NCBI RefSeq assembly: GCF_009914755.1
Contig: NC_060929.1
Length of the DNA: 64,000 nt
Strand: one strand, 5' to 3'
DNA from: the human T2T-CHM13v2.0 reference genome, Homo sapiens
The position numbers were made by a program, and so were the translations under genes. This document shows positions 14,051 through 30,209 of the stretch, piece by piece (the first letter of the stretch is position 1; each line of letters begins with the position of its first letter). Below the pieces are notes generated by a model that was not told the DNA's origin, did not search any database, and saw only the letters and a list, made by a program, of their open reading frames with translations.

Positions 14051-14882
14051 CATTTATGATAATATATTTGGAAGTATATCATTATCATAATCTGAGGTGT
14101 CTAAATACAGCAATGTCACCACGAGGGGAAAAGGACTTTCATTCACCATCCATCGAATTCTTTGGAGATAATTACAAACTTTGTAATACTTTATTTCGGT
14201 TCAGAAATACAATTTAGAAATTTTAATACAAATTTCTGGAAGTTCTGACATTTTTAAAAGATAAATTTAAGCTTGTTATCCTTCAGCTTGCTCAGACTAC
14301 TGTATGGATGCTACGTGGAAGGTGGTTGATCATTGAGGGACCATCATTATGAAGATGCGGGGTCCACAGCGTACATTTCCCAGCCGAGATATAGCAGCAG
14401 GGAATAAAACAGTGGGAACAGTAGATCAGCCTCATATTGCAAATCGGCGGCACACACCCTGGAGTCGTTTGTTTCCCATGAGCACGTTGTCTAAGTACTA
14501 CGATAACCAACTCTGACCCAGTAACCTTGTCATGCCTGGGGCCATTATGACTCAAGACTGCATACCTGGAATCAAACTTAAACTGTGAATATATATGGCA
14601 TGTTTAGCATGATTTGGGCTGGGTTAGGTGTGGAATTGTTAGCCTGTGTTTTCGTCTGTATTTATTTGACATGTTCTGTGTATATGATTAACAATTACAG
14701 AATTCACTCTATCAAACAGATATATTAGTTATGGCAAGCTATAAGGAACGTAATGAAAATGTATGAATGCTGCAATTATGACAATGCCGCAACTATGTGT
14801 GTAAACGCAAAGCAGTGGATGTAAACATAGGCACCGAAAGGTCCTCCTCCTACCTTCCATGAGAAGGAGGCTTGTGCTTTTG

Positions 14883-14901
14883 TGGTGCCACCTGGTGGAA
14901 C
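14883..14901 (-). promoter_or_regulatory. CTCF consensus-like motif
   Basis: Minus strand GTTCCACCAGGTGGCACCA matches the CTCF core CCACCAGGTGGCRC. Confidence 0.55.
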
Positions 14902-16378
14902 AAGGGAGATGAGAGAAGAGAGTCCTGAAATGGTTAACTGGCCCCTAGAGACACTCTTCACAATAATCCAAGTCCTATGCTCTTAAAACTTCACAAACCT
15001 TTATGGAGCACTTGAAAAACAATTTTTTAAGGAAAAACATCAAAGAATTTAGTGTCGTGTCCTTATTTTCTTTCCACCTCACCTGACTCAATTTCCCCAC
15101 ATGAAAAAATGTCATCAAATGCCAAATAAAGAAAAAAGCAGAGAATGGATAAGAACAAGGGGTGTATTTGCTAATGAATGCACTCCAAAACCACAGAAAT
15201 TAACAAGGTTACAAAGCAGCCTAGCTTCCAATGGAACACAAAGGATGCCTCATTGACCTAGTTATTTGCATGTTTGTCTTCTTCCTCCATTAAACTGCAA
15301 GCTATCTGAAGTCAAAGTAACATTATCAGTCAATACCTTACATAGAGAGTACACTCTATAAATAAACTAATGTATGAACAGGAAGTTTGACAGGCAGCAT
15401 CTTTACTCATGGTCCAGAAATGGACAGTTCAGTTCTTTAGTATTTTACTTCTCTTTTATCGCTCAAGACAAAGGATACTACAGCAATAGCAGATAAATAA
15501 CAAAACCACAACCCCATCTATACACAGATATTGCTGTTACCTTCAAAGTGTCCCAGTCTGGTTGTGTATCATTAACTTTCATCCACTAATAACAAAAACC
15601 AAACATCACATGGAGCACAGAGCACAGAAGTGCTTCCATCATAGAGTAATATAGCAAGAAGAAACCGAAATAAGAAGGCTTGGGGAAAAAAGTCTGAAGC
15701 TGGTGCTGCCCTGAAAAAAAAAAGGTTTTATTTTACAGCAATAGGTTCATAAATAAATAGAAAACAATAAGAAAATATATGAGATCTGAAGCTCCATTAG
15801 CCAGTATCCATCTGTTACTCATATTTTAATATCTTCTATATCACCCTACAGCGCAACATATGCAATTAAGAAGAAATGGCTATGCAACTTTTTGGAGATA
15901 AGTTATTGTCAATGGGCCAACCACACAGAGCCAGATGTAAATTGCTAAGTCAATTTAGCACCAGTTTATAAAGTTTTGATTAATCCTCAGCTCATTTTAT
16001 GTTATTATAATGCATTATTAAATGCAGCGCATGGCTTGAACTTGCTCCTTCATAAATTCACTACATATTGATCCTGATGGTGGGGCGGATGTCATCCCCA
16101 TGGGGCCTCTGAAGTGATATTCTTTCCAAATGACAAGAGAGCTTCTGCTCATAAGACACATGTTAAGAAATATCTGGCAAAACAGCAAACCTTCCAACGG
16201 TTTTCATCATGTTAGCTTTTGACATGTGCATTTGTAATGAAAGTGCGTCTTGTAGTACCAGCAAGACACTCATTTTCTCCTAACTGATCCAGACATCATC
16301 CCACTCCATCCTCAGGGAACCCACTGAGCTGATCCATGCTGATGTCACACAATGGCCCACACTGAGGTTTGCTGAGGA

Positions 16379-16518
16379 TAGGGCACTGGATAAAATACAG
16401 GACACCCAGTTCAATTTGCATTTAAGATAAATTATGAATAACATCTTAATATAACTATATCACATGCAGTATATAGGGTATACTTATACTGAAAAATTTG
16501 CTAATTCTGGCAACCCCA
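16379..16518. mobile_element. MER53-like MITE, internally deleted
   Basis: 'tagggcactggataaaatacaggacacccagttcaatttg...tatacttatactgaaaaatttgctaattctggcaacccca'. Confidence 0.8.
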
Positions 16519-17332
16519 CATGCAGAGTTTCAGGTTGTGGTCTGTGCCTGGCTGCGGTCCACATTATATGTGTTTTAGGAGAGGAATATGTTTATGCTAC
16601 AATTCCAAGCACACTTGCTCCCTCCTGAGGCTTTCCCTGCCTTCCTGGAGCTTGCCAACACACCTCTTCTAATCTGGCGTTGACTGTATGAGAATCTTTC
16701 ATCAATATCTTCAGAAGTTAAACTGTTAATTAAATATCAAGCTAAATTAATATCCTAGTGGAAGAATTAACCATCCCTGCCTTTATGAAAAAAATCTAGA
16801 TACTAATATAATGGTCCCTGTGTGAGGCTAGAATTTCTTACACTGATTTTCTTGATATTTATGATGATTTAATACAAAGACTATGGGAAGAATCAACAAT
16901 ATTCTGAATAAAATGGCTTTTATCCAATTAAAATATACTTGGATAACAAAACACCACAGCAGTTTCATGCAATTGTGTCAAAATGGTTGCTAACACAATT
17001 TAATCTCTGACCTCTATTTGAAATTTCCTATAACACAGAAAACTAAAGTCTATGCTTACTTGCATTCTTAAAATGTAGAAGGCTGAGATAAGAGAAACTA
17101 AATTGCCAATGAATTACCTTTACTCTAAAGATAAGTGTCAACATATACATATGTGTCTACGTGTGTGTGTATTTGTGTGTGTGCATGAAATACTGTATTA
17201 AGTATACATATAAAAACATACACACACATCCTTCTGAGTTTTTTCCTATGTAGAGAATACAGAAAGAGCATTAAGTGGGCAAAGGAAAGCATCCAAAAGC
17301 AATGTCAGCAATGGAGGAGTTCAGAAACATGA

Positions 17333-17656
17333 AGTAGATGCTGATGTTAGCCATATCCCTTCCCCTACTCAAGAGAAGGAACGACCAGCTCCCTTCCCTC
17401 CTCCTGCTGGAATCCGGGCTCTGGGCTGCAGGGGCAGCAGCTGTTTACACCCTTTAAGTACTGACATGAAGACAAAAACTACTCGCCAAAGATGACTGAG
17501 CAAAAGAGAAAAAAGCCTGGGTTCCAATCGTCACCCCAAGAGCACCCAAGGACTCAGGACACATAGCTGTTACATGACAAAAACACAGGTCTTGGTTGGC
17601 TAATGTGCCACCAATTGGATTTTCCCATAGGTGCAGCTACTCATTTTCCTGTTACA
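17333..17656 (+). mobile_element. Old ERVL-type LTR (LTR16/LTR33-like)
   Basis: Starts 'gtagatgctg', contains 'aagatgactgagcaaaagag...agcctgggttcc', ends 'tgcagctactcattttcctgttaca'. Highly diverged. Confidence 0.45.
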
Positions 17657-19710
17657 AAATGGAAAACCCAAAACTTTCCATTCATCCACCCGTAGAAAAC
17701 ATAACTTGCTCAGTTTCTAGATTGTTCTACTGTAATTACTAAGCATAAGATGGAATTGAGGTATCTATATTTTTTTGTGGCCTAGAGACTATATTCAAAC
17801 TGATGAAGGCTACCACAGAAACCTAAATGGACAAATATTTAATCATGAGCATTCTGAATTGGCTCTTACTCTTTGTCCCTAAATATTTTTTTAAATAAAA
17901 AACAACAATATTGAGGAAGTCGCTGAAAGATCCAGGTTAAGAACTGAGGAAACACAACACATTCCTGTGTTCAGCATGGTTATTTCTCCTTGAGGGTAGG
18001 GTTTATTTCTCTGTAGCAGTTAAGACAGAGGATGGGTGTAACACGCATAGTTGGAATTTAAATAAAAGCAGAAGCAGCCAACTATTTGCAACATGATGAA
18101 GTTCCCTATATATTTAAGGAATTATCCACAGATATATATGAATATCAGAGGCACCATTTGGCCCAGGGTGAGAATGCCAGGCTGAGCCAACCATACTTTA
18201 AGCACATGTGATTTGAAGTAGCTGAGACATTCATGACAAGACTGACAGTATCCCAGCAAAAACTTAGGCCAGAGATAGCAGAGAGCTGGCCTGGAGTCGC
18301 TTTCAGCTGTGGGTATCTCTAAACATCCTGTGTCTTGAGCTTACAGAGTTGCATGGGCTTCCTCAAGTGTCAGCCAGCCTAGTCCTGCCCAAGGAAACAT
18401 GTGCTGAGCTTGTCACTTGGTACTTGGCAGGCTCGCAGAGAAACCAGAGAGCGCAGTCATAGTGGGAGGCCTTTAGCACTGCAGTCCTCAACTTCAAGGA
18501 GAGGAGCAAGCCTTTGAAATCCACCAGAGACAAGATGCCTGAGAAAACAGGGGCCACTCTACAACTAAATACCCTTTCCCAAAGGGTTCTCATTGGGGGA
18601 AGGACAGAGTGACGGAGAAGGAAGAAGGAAAGGAAAGCAAAGACAAGAAGAAAAGTGTCAGGGGTCAACAGATTTTGTTCCATTCTTTGATTTCCTGGAT
18701 ATTTTCCCAAAGGGATGGTAGCACATTAAACCTGGACTCAACCAGAGCTACAAGTTTTATTTCAGTGAAGGCATTTTCTTGATCATTTTGCACTGTGTCC
18801 AAATAATGATAGCACAGGGAATACATGAATAACTGGGATAAAGCTGTCAGTGAAAGGAAACAGAGCCTCTGGCTTCTCCAGTATTGAAAATAGCATAAAA
18901 GAGAGAGAGAGAGAGAGACAGAATGAATGAATTCAAAATACATTGTGAAACCACTCATCCATTTGCAGGACTAGGTACGCATAAGAGGGGCACTTCTTCA
19001 CCCCCCAGGAGGAAGAGACTTGTCTGACTTTCTTCCTTAGGAACACAGACCATGACCTAAGGCAGAACTGTGAGGTTCAGCAGGGAAGAGGAAGCTAAAA
19101 GAGCCCCGAGGGCTCCAGGCACAGGTAACATCTTGGATGCTCATAGCAGGTTGCTGGGGAAAGCCTGTCTGTATCTAGGAGGTGGTGTCCTAGAGACTAT
19201 CTATTTCCATGAAAAGCTCCCAGTGAGTTAATTTCAGAGCCAAACACAAGAGCCTGGGCTCACAACATCCATGTTCACTCCATTACCATGTGCTACTGAG
19301 CAGATTCATCCACACGCTGGAGCCAACCTTGAATGGTTTCAACTTCACATGGAATCATCTCTGTGTATTTTATGTAGCATCCTAAAGTTGCATTTAAAAT
19401 TTTAAAAATAAACACTTCAAATGTTGGACACCTTCTCATGGATGAAGATCTGCATAACAGCACTGCTCTTACAATGCCATCTCTCTTTAAGGATAGAGGA
19501 GTTCATTGCCCGCCACACTGGGAATATTATAAAACAACTTCTTAGGATGAAGCAAAAATTAATTTTAAGTCATAGATTTATTTAAAACCCAAAGATTTGG
19601 CATCATTTAAGTCAATAAATGTCCAGAGTAATGCCTGGAACAGACAAAGTGCTAAATAAATGGCATCTGGCATTCACCATTCCCTCTAATTATAACGAAA
19701 TACATTTCAC

Positions 19711-20480
<770 letters not shown>

Positions 20481-23400
20481 GGGAGGAATCAGTGAATGAG
20501 GGCAAAGAAGGAGCTGGGAGCCAAGTCATGGGAGCTGGGTCACCACAGGTCCCGAGCAGAGATACCACATTGACAGCAACACTGCCAGCGGATTATACCC
20601 TGATGTCCAATCAATGGCAAGGGCCAAAGCATCGGGTTCCTTTTATGTTATATCCTCATTTTTCAATCTATCACCTTCTCCAAAGGCTTCCATTTTCCTC
20701 TCTGTTTTCCTCACCCCTGTGCTTGGTGTAATAGATAGTATCCGATCATCATAGCAGCCTTGTAACTCATTTTTAACTGAAATAAATACTTGTTACTTAG
20801 TACATAATTTCTCCTGATCAAAAATTCCAACAAAGTTCAGAACACTGAAGAATTTAAATTCTAATTTAGTTTTACTATTTATCCTGCATTTGAGCAGAAA
20901 AGACAAATTCTAAAACAAAAAAAAAAAATCTAGAAATATTTAGTATTCCTACAATGATAAGCTGATTTCATATCAAGGGGACCAAGGATGTGAGTCCCAG
21001 TTCCCTTTCCCTGCCCTGAATCTAGCACTTATTTCTAGAAGGCAAAAGGCAAAAGCATTTCGCTTTCAGTAGAGAGCTCATTTGGGCTTGGTTTTTCCTG
21101 AGGAAATCCATTTAGTATAATTTTTTAAAAATTAAACTTCACATGCCTATGACTCAAACTTTCAAACCACCCCCACACTCCATCAGTTATTTTCAACAAT
21201 TAACAGTGGGTGATCTCAGATACACCCTGGATGTTTTGGAAAACAGGAAATAGTCTGCTAGATTGTAGCCTCATATTCCCCTTGGAAGGCTTCTTGATTG
21301 AATGCTACAAGTTGTCAAACCAGACTGGTTCATTTGACTCCCCTGAAGCGCTTGCAGGAGAGTTACTTAGTCTCTCTCTTCCAGAAAGGAGAGCAGCCAG
21401 AATGCCAGAACCCAAACATAGTCACCCCAGGACTCTGGTGAAGGAGAACCTTGCAGGTGGCTCCCAAAACACCTCTGCTGGCAGCTTTTCCCAAGAGGAA
21501 GGCCAAATGGCCGAAGCTAAGTCAATGATTTATTTCTAACTGCTGCTAGGAGGTATCGTGCAGGGTTATGGATAAGTACCATGACTTTTCTTTGTTGTCT
21601 TTGACTTTCTGGCTTACAATTTCTGTGATCAATAGGAATAGTCTCAAAGTGAGCAATCAGAAATTTGTCCTGGTAGATTAACTGTCATGCAAGCTGCAAA
21701 ACAGAGCCAGATGAAAAATGCAGAAACTAAAACCATAAAGAATGAGTTGAGATATCAAGAGAAATGGCACTGGACTACTGGTGGTCCTCAACCTCATGTG
21801 AAACTTTCAAGTATAATTAAAGTAACACATCCACCCAGAATAATTTACATTATTGATAAAAGAATAGAAAGGATTAGATAATTTAGGCTTCTTTTTAGAA
21901 TCATTAGAAGACTGAGCAATAGACAAAGGCCAATTTAGTTGCAAAAGTTTTAATTTTATTTTAGCTATAATGGGGACACTCTTTTAGCAGGCTATGTAAA
22001 TTGCTTTAAATTCAAGCCATTGGTGAGGAGTTGCTAAAGTTGCCCGATTTCTTAGTTTGTTTATATCTGCATTTAGCTGCTATGCAATGTATTAATACAT
22101 GAAGATCTAATAAGATATTAAACAGCTCTAATGTTCAGGGTGACTCCCAAATTATTTTTGAAAAATTAATATAATGGGTCATATTAGAAACCTTTCATTT
22201 TGGGCTGCAAGTAACTATCCAGACAGTCTTACAAGGTTCAGTGCTTAGAGAGACTGCCGACAAGAGATCCCATTTAAAGCGGAGGCCATGCTTAATGAAC
22301 AACGAAATATGGCCCCATGGGGTAGGGTTGAAAGGGAAGGTCCTAGGTCTCTTGTATGCTCAAAATAAGGTCTAAGATGGCTTATGGGGTCCAAAATCTC
22401 AGTATGGCTTCAATGCATCCCTTACAAATTGTGGGCAAAAATTGCAAATGGACATGTTAAGAAGGTGATGAAATTTATCAAAACAAATTATTTGAAAGCC
22501 AAGGCCAATAGGGAGCTTCCAGAGCAGCACCTCCAGTCATCAGGTCACAGAACACAATCAACACCAATTCCCATGGGTTCACTTTCATGCTGAAATCATG
22601 CCTCCCCCTCTATGTGCTATCCGAGGATCACTGTGTTTCCTACAGGGAGCTCTTTCCTGTAACCTCCCAGACTCATGAGCTTGTGCTGAGATAACTTTTA
22701 AAATTGAATACTTACTGAGTATTTATTGAAAGCTGGTTTCTTTTAAGTTTGCTACAACCAATACAAAAAATCAAATGGGCATCAATTCCTTGTAGAGCAA
22801 TGTTTACTCTTGTTAGAAAGGAGGTGCCATTAGTAAGATAACATAGGTATTATTTTACTAGAAATAAAATAATTGTAATAAATGACATGGGTGTGTTTCA
22901 TTGCAATTAGGTTTAATCATGTTTTCTCACTGTAATAAAGAAGCACCTGAGTCGACATGGAAGGCGTGATTGAGTTTTCACCATTGCCCTAAAATAGTGG
23001 GTGTGTATCTCCATTATCTTCAAGTCACTTTCAGGTTAAAACCATCCCAGAGTATTTGGTGCAGATTTACATGTTAACTAGTTCCTCAGAGAGAGGGGAT
23101 GTGAGCAGTCTTAAAGAATATGCCATCTGGTGCAGTACGACTTCCCGGTAACAGTTTATCTAAATGTCATCATTTTGTTTTTCCCACACATGCCTTAATC
23201 ACCTTCTTCAGGAATAAATTGACTCTCTTGTCATATATGCTTTTCCATGGTTTCTACACAGTACAGCTCTAAATGCTTATTGCCCTTTATAGGTTGTACT
23301 CCTGAGGTCTTTCCTTATTTCTTGGCTTCCATATTTGACGCAATCTCCTGTAAAGTCTTTGAGATAAAGTCTCAGTCAGTGTAAGAGAGAAGGAAACAGG

Positions 23401-23500
23401 CACCTGCAAGTGCTGAATGGTGACCCAGGCAGAACTCATGCTCTACCCTAGAGGCGCCCACCGTGGAAGGCTGCTTTTCTAGCATGAGGTAAAACTTCAG

Positions 23501-23871
<371 letters not shown>

Positions 23872-24039
23872 CTAGGGAAAGATGAGTCACTGTGAGGAGG
23901 TTGAGTCTGAAGATACAAAGCTTCGAATTTATCACCCTGCATTCCACAAACAACCACAGCATATGCTTTCTCCACTGTTTCTCATTTTGGTCACTAGAGC
24001 ACCTGTTCTATGGATTGAGCAAGATGCCAGGGAGTGTCA

Positions 24040-24675
24040 TCTCCCTCTTCCTCATGAAGCCCCCACCACCACCGCATCCAGTAGTCACCGAATCGTGTAC
24101 ATCAAGCCTCCTAAATATCTTTTAAGTGGACCTATTTCCCTCCCACTCCCCTATCACCACTGTAAATGTCGCCACTGTAGTGGTCTCCTTGCGTCTGATC
24201 GCTCCTTGCTGCAATCCATTCTCCACGTTGCAGAAGGGATAGTTTGTAAAATTCCCATCAATGCATACCAGTGACTGTGGAATGGACATTAGCCAGATCC
24301 AGCATTTTCAGTCCTTTGGCTGCTGCAAACTTTCTTAAATCACACTCCTTTCAACATGCAGCTCCCTCTGCCTGGAATAGCCTTCCCCTCTGTCTACCTA
24401 GGCCTTCTCCCTTCTGCGGGTGTCCAGAGAATGGTCCTCCTTTGTAAGGTCTTCCTTGAAGTCCCCTGCTTACCACCGTCCTGCTCTGTGCTCCAGATCC
24501 TTCTCTATTTTCCCTTCCACAGCCCTCCTGCCACTTCACTGTAGTCATGTTGCAACTACCCATCTTCTTTGGCACGAAGGAAGTTCTGACAGGTTTCACA
24601 GCCATGTCTGTCTTCTCCGTCACTGTATTCTCAGTACCTATTACAGAGTAAATGCTTAAAAACATAGGATGAAGA
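24040..24675 (+). mobile_element. L2 3' region
   Basis: 'caatccattctccacgttgcag', 'ccctctgcctggaatagccttcc', 'cactgtattctcagtacct...gtaaatgcttaaaaa'. Confidence 0.7.
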
Positions 24676-25047
24676 AAAAGTGAATCTACAACTAGGGACA
24701 AATTTACAATGAGGCAACCCCAAGGATGCTTATCAGAACTCTGCAGATTCAACAGTGAAAATGGCAGGCATGATAAATCAATGACTTAAAAAGAGAAGGG
24801 AGTTTACATAATCTGCAAGCACTGAGCAATTCTGGCCAAGCAGAGGGTATGGGTGGGTACAAGGTGGTGCTTTCTACTACTCACCAGGACAGCATCACTA
24901 CAAGGGGAAGGCAGGTGACCACAGGGGGCTGAAGAAAAGAGGAGCAGGATGAGAGGAGGAATTTGGAAAGTTCACTTTTACATTTCTTCTATGGTCCGCT
25001 AAGTACCCATTGCCTGACACTTAGTAGGCATCCAACATAAAATTATT

Positions 25048-25366
<319 letters not shown>

Positions 25367-25559
25367 TAATGAGTGGATATAGGTTCTACAGCCTCAGAGC
25401 CCCTGCAATACCACAGTATTAGACTATCCATATGTACCCAAAGTTTATCATTGTAATACTCTAAACTCTGTAAGAAGCCTCAGAATTTCATCTTAAAGTT
25501 TAGTTTCTGAGTTAGACCACTGGCAAATCAGCTGCTCTCACTAGATAGTTTTTCTCCAA

Positions 25560-25710
25560 ACCACTCATTCATTAATTCAAGAAACATGTATTGAGAACCT
25601 ACCATATGCCACCCCCTCTTCTAGGAAATGGGGAGACATTACTGAACAAGACAAGGTGCCTCCAATCATGAACGCTATTGGAGAAGAGAGAAAACAAAAA
25701 GTATATAAAC
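25560..25710 (-). mobile_element. L2 3' end fragment
   Basis: 'cattcattaattcaagaaacatgtattgagaacctaccatatgcc...tgaacaagacaagg'. Confidence 0.65.
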
Positions 25711-27457
25711 TAGAAAGAATATTATTTCAAGTAATAGGAGGGAGAAAGGAACTAAACGCAGAGGAAAAAGCAACAGATTTTACATGGGGATAGAATGTCC
25801 AGGGAAGGACTCTCTGGTGAGGCAACCTCCAAGGGGCCACGACGGTGGAAAAATTAATTCCAGGGAATCTGGAAAGAACATTAAAAGAAATAGCCTTAAG
25901 ATTGAAAGCCATGCCATTTTAACTCCCGTGGCATCTGGCACAACGCCCAGCCCAGAAGTCTCACCTATTCACTCATTCAATCTTCTGTTCATTTACGACC
26001 TCATTCATTCCTTCTACAAAGGGTCAGTGAGGATTCACAGCACACCAAGCACTGTGTTAGACAGTAATAATACAACAAACGTTTATTGCTTTATTGGGAG
26101 AATTAGTGTGTATTTGAACACATTAAAACCTCCAGTATTTGACAGATTTTGACATACAAATGGCAACTTCATGTAATTCATAGATGCTATTTATTTCTAG
26201 ATTGGTAAGCACAAACTATTGGGAAGTAAATAACGCATTTTGGAAACTTGATTTTTCAAGTTCTTTGTAAGAACTCTTTTACATAGCATTGTAAAAGATA
26301 TTTTACATTGTACTTTTAGTTGCAAAGGAGTTTTATAAACGGGTTATAGCAAACTTTTTAAGGAACTATATAAGTTCCTTTAAGGAACTATTTGTCAACC
26401 TTATTCCATTTACAGCTAATAGTTGAAACAAATGAAATTGCATTTTCTTAAAACATATTATATTTCTAATCCTTCTCCCAAGTTAATGCAAATTTAGAAA
26501 ATTTTGCATGTATTGGTATATATCACAATTCCCTTCATTTACCTCCCAATTAGAATTTCAGCCTAAGGCTACCTTTGTAATTTCTCAATAGAGAAATGTT
26601 TTAAAATATAATTTCAGATAATTCAAGGAACTGAGTTAAACAAGTTTGGAGCATATTTTTGGTGACAACTATTGGACATACGAATTGTCACCAACTGAAC
26701 CATGGTCCATTCGGCCTGCCATGCCCATTCCAGAAGATACCCGAGAAGTCATTGTTGTCTTAGGCCATTCAAATTTTCGTTTGCATCTGTGGCCGTGAGT
26801 ATCACACACTGTGTTTCCTGATATCTAGTGTACCAGAAATTTTCTGAATTTTCCAGTAGTCATTAATGGCTCTTTAATTCATATACTCATTCAAACCCTA
26901 TGGAATTCATTTACAATGAATCATTATAATATATTCTTTAACTCTTGGAGTGATGAATTTTATAGGTATATTTACAACAGTGCTACATAGTCCTTCTACA
27001 GCTTGTCAAATGCACATCACATTCAAGAGATTTTGTGATGTCATAATGTGATGTTCCTCTTATCTCTGTTACTCATTTTGATATGGAATTGGAATATATC
27101 CTGTTCCCAGTTCACACTCCCTTAAGTTAAAGAGATACATTCTTTTTACAACAGAGCCTTATGTTTTCATCTGGCTAATTCAGAAGGTAATTCCAACGGT
27201 GAAAACTATCTCGAGTGGTAATTATTTGGGCAGTATCATTTCATGCTACTCAGAATCCAAGGAAAAGTCTCTGATATCCTGGAGACAGCAGTCTTGATTA
27301 AAGAGCCTGAGACCACTTAGCTCTTTCAGAAGACCTCTGTAACCTGAAATATTGTAGTGTAATTTGTGCCCCAGGTATAATCTAAAAGCAAAGTTAACAT
27401 TCTACCACATGGTGACTAAACAAACTTATTGTATATTTTAAAATTAAATTAAGACTA

Positions 27458-27622
27458 GGTTTTAAGTGATCTCACCACAAAAAAAAGAAAGATAAGTAAA
27501 TAAGGTAATACATATGTTAATTAGCTGGATTTAATCATTCCACAAGATGTACATGTATCAAAACAGCATGTTGAACACTATAAATATATATAACTTTTGT
27601 CAATTAAAAATAAATTAAATAA
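27458..27622 (+). mobile_element. L1MA 3' end
   Basis: 'ttttaagtgatctcaccacaaaaaa...atatgttaattagctggatttaatcattccaca...tgtcaattaaaaataaa'. Confidence 0.85.
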
Positions 27623-28819
27623 TAATGAAGATGAATTCCTGTTAACAACTAGAAAACAAACAATTTGAGGGCAAGTTATGATAAATAATAGTATGTAACA
27701 CTAAGGCAGACAACATTATCCTGACAAAATATGATTTGTCTTCTTCTTTACACAGATATCTTGTTCTCTTTTGACCAGAGACAAAAGAAGAAAAGTCTTG
27801 GAAACATCCTTCACAGTTTGGGGATGAATGAAGGCAGAGAAGTATTCATCAGTCTTATGTTCCTGGCAATGAAAGTCAAAGGAAGTCAAAATTGTGGCTT
27901 CTAGCTGACATAGCCCCAGCTCCACCTCCCTTGTCTCAAAGCATAAGAGCAGAACTGATTATTCTCAACCTCATCCATACATAAAAAAGCGTGCTAAACA
28001 TTTACTTTTGTATGACTTTAGCAACAATCAAAATAACTTCATAATTTTGCATTTCCTTTTTATTATATATAACATCATATTTTACTATGTGTTTCCATAT
28101 ACCTAACCCTTAGATCCTCCTAAGCCCTCTGAATGGGAAGCAAAATAGGTATCGTTACTTTTCAAATGAAGAAGCCAGAGCTCAGTGCATAGCAGGGACT
28201 TGTCTAAAGTGATGTGGGTAGGAAGTGGTGAATCCAAAAGCTGAAGTTCTGGTCTTCTAACTCATAATCCGGTGTTATTTTCCTTTCTATCTTTTTTTTT
28301 CTTTTTTTAAGATCAGATGTTCATAGTAACTGAGCAGTCTCTCAGTGCACATGGAGTGGTTTTAAAAGTCAACATTAATGTTCAATTCTGCTGCACGGTG
28401 TTGAGTATTCTGGAAAGATCTCAAGAAGAGCCTGATCCCATGCCAGCAGAGGCTCTGTTATGCATCCTGCTTTTCCTTTTAAGGCATTTTAAATTAAAGG
28501 AAGCCTTAGACACCACCATTTCTTTCTGTCCCACTGACAACCAAATCCTTTCAACGAAAGCACCAATTTGGTTTAGCTACAGATTATTTTTATCTGTTCT
28601 TGAAAGTCACATAAACGTGACCTGAACAAATACGCTCCCCTGCATGTTCTTCCTGAATTTCAAAGTTTTTCAGTAATTAAGCATTTTTCCTAGAGTGTTG
28701 CAAACCAAATAGAGTTCTGTGCCAAAGCAAGGAACGCATTAATGAAAACGAAGAATAAAAGGAAGCCAAATCCAAGTTGCAAAAAATGTTCTGCCTTATT
28801 TTGCTGAAATGAGATGCAA

Positions 28820-28821
28820 AT

Positions 28822-28852
<31 letters not shown>
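28820..28852. repeat. (TA)n microsatellite
   Basis: Interrupted TA dinucleotide run. Confidence 0.9.
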
Positions 28853-29645
28853 GCAAGCTGAGGACTAGAGTAAATATAATATGTTGATGTGAATTTTCAT
28901 ACTAAAATTTTTCAAGAAAATAAATATCCCATCTCAAGATATGTTTTTTTAAAAAGAATCACACAATCACATGAATTAAATGTGTGTCTTGGTAAATTTA
29001 GGGATGTTAATAATTCATTCCGATAATAGTATTAAACCAGAAAACTTTACAGAGTGAAAAAGTAATAATCTAGCAAAGAATCCTATCATTGGATTTCACC
29101 CAAAAAGGCATCAAATCCTCTAGATTCCATCAAATTTCTTTAAAAGGAAAAACACTTTTTCTTTTCAGGATGTCTTAGAAGTTTTCATTAAATCAAAAAT
29201 GTGCACAGCTTATACAGTGGTTCTCCAGAAAACTTCAACCACTTGGAACACATGTTTGTGTTTAGGGGAAGACAGAGGGAAAAGAGAGGAAAGGTTGGGA
29301 AGAAAGAGATCATAATGGCTTCAACAAAATTTACAACCAGTGATTGTATGATATTGTGGCGGCGGCAGCTCCTCACACAAAACAGATGGTACAATACAGA
29401 GCTGTGTCTTAAAATGCCAAGCAACTAAAGATTCACTGATTCCATCTACTTCTGAAGCCTTTCCTAACAATCTATGCCCCAGAGTCGACTTCAGAATATT
29501 TTTACGTTTTAATTATCCCCTTATTTGAATTACTATAGCAATTATAGCTTCATACAGGCTCATTATACATTTAAACATTAATTTTATGTTTTAAAACTCA
29601 ATACTCTTAGGTCAAAAGCTCACTAGTGAGATAGTGGAGTGGAAC

Positions 29646-30168
29646 GTTAGTTTCCTATGTAACAAATGACCACTGTAACAAATTCCCATAAACTTAGTGC
29701 CTTAAAACAACTCATATTTATTCTCTTGCATTTCTGGAGGTAAGAAATCTAAAACGAGTTTCCTTGGGACAAAATCAAGACCTCAGCGAGGCCCTGCTCC
29801 CTCTGGAGGCTATAGAGGAGAATCTGTTTCCTTCCTTGCCTTTTCCAGCTTCTAGAGCTGCTTGCCTCCCTGGGCTAGGGCTTCCCTTCCATCTACAAGG
29901 GAGGAGCAGGGCATCTCCAATTCTCTCTCTGCTCCATCTTCACATCGCCTTTTCCTCTCTATCTGCAGCAAATCTTCCTCTGCTCCCTCTTATAAGGACT
30001 CTCACGATTACATTTAAGACCCACATGGACAATGCAGAATAATCTCTCACCTCAAGACCCGTAACTTAATCACATCTGCATCATTCCTTTTGCCATGTCA
30101 GGTAACATTCACAACTTCCAGGGATTAGGACAGGGACGTCTTTGGAGTGGACTATCACACCCTCCACA
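29646..30168 (-). mobile_element. MaLR solo LTR (MLT1D/MLT1C-like)
   Basis: 'gtaacaaattcccataaacttagtgccttaaaacaac...ccctctggaggctatagaggagaatc...aacttaatcacatctgca...ccagggattaggac'. Confidence 0.85.
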
Positions 30169-30209
30169 GCAGCAGAGGTTAACCTCTTAATGTCAATCAT
30201 TTAGAACTA

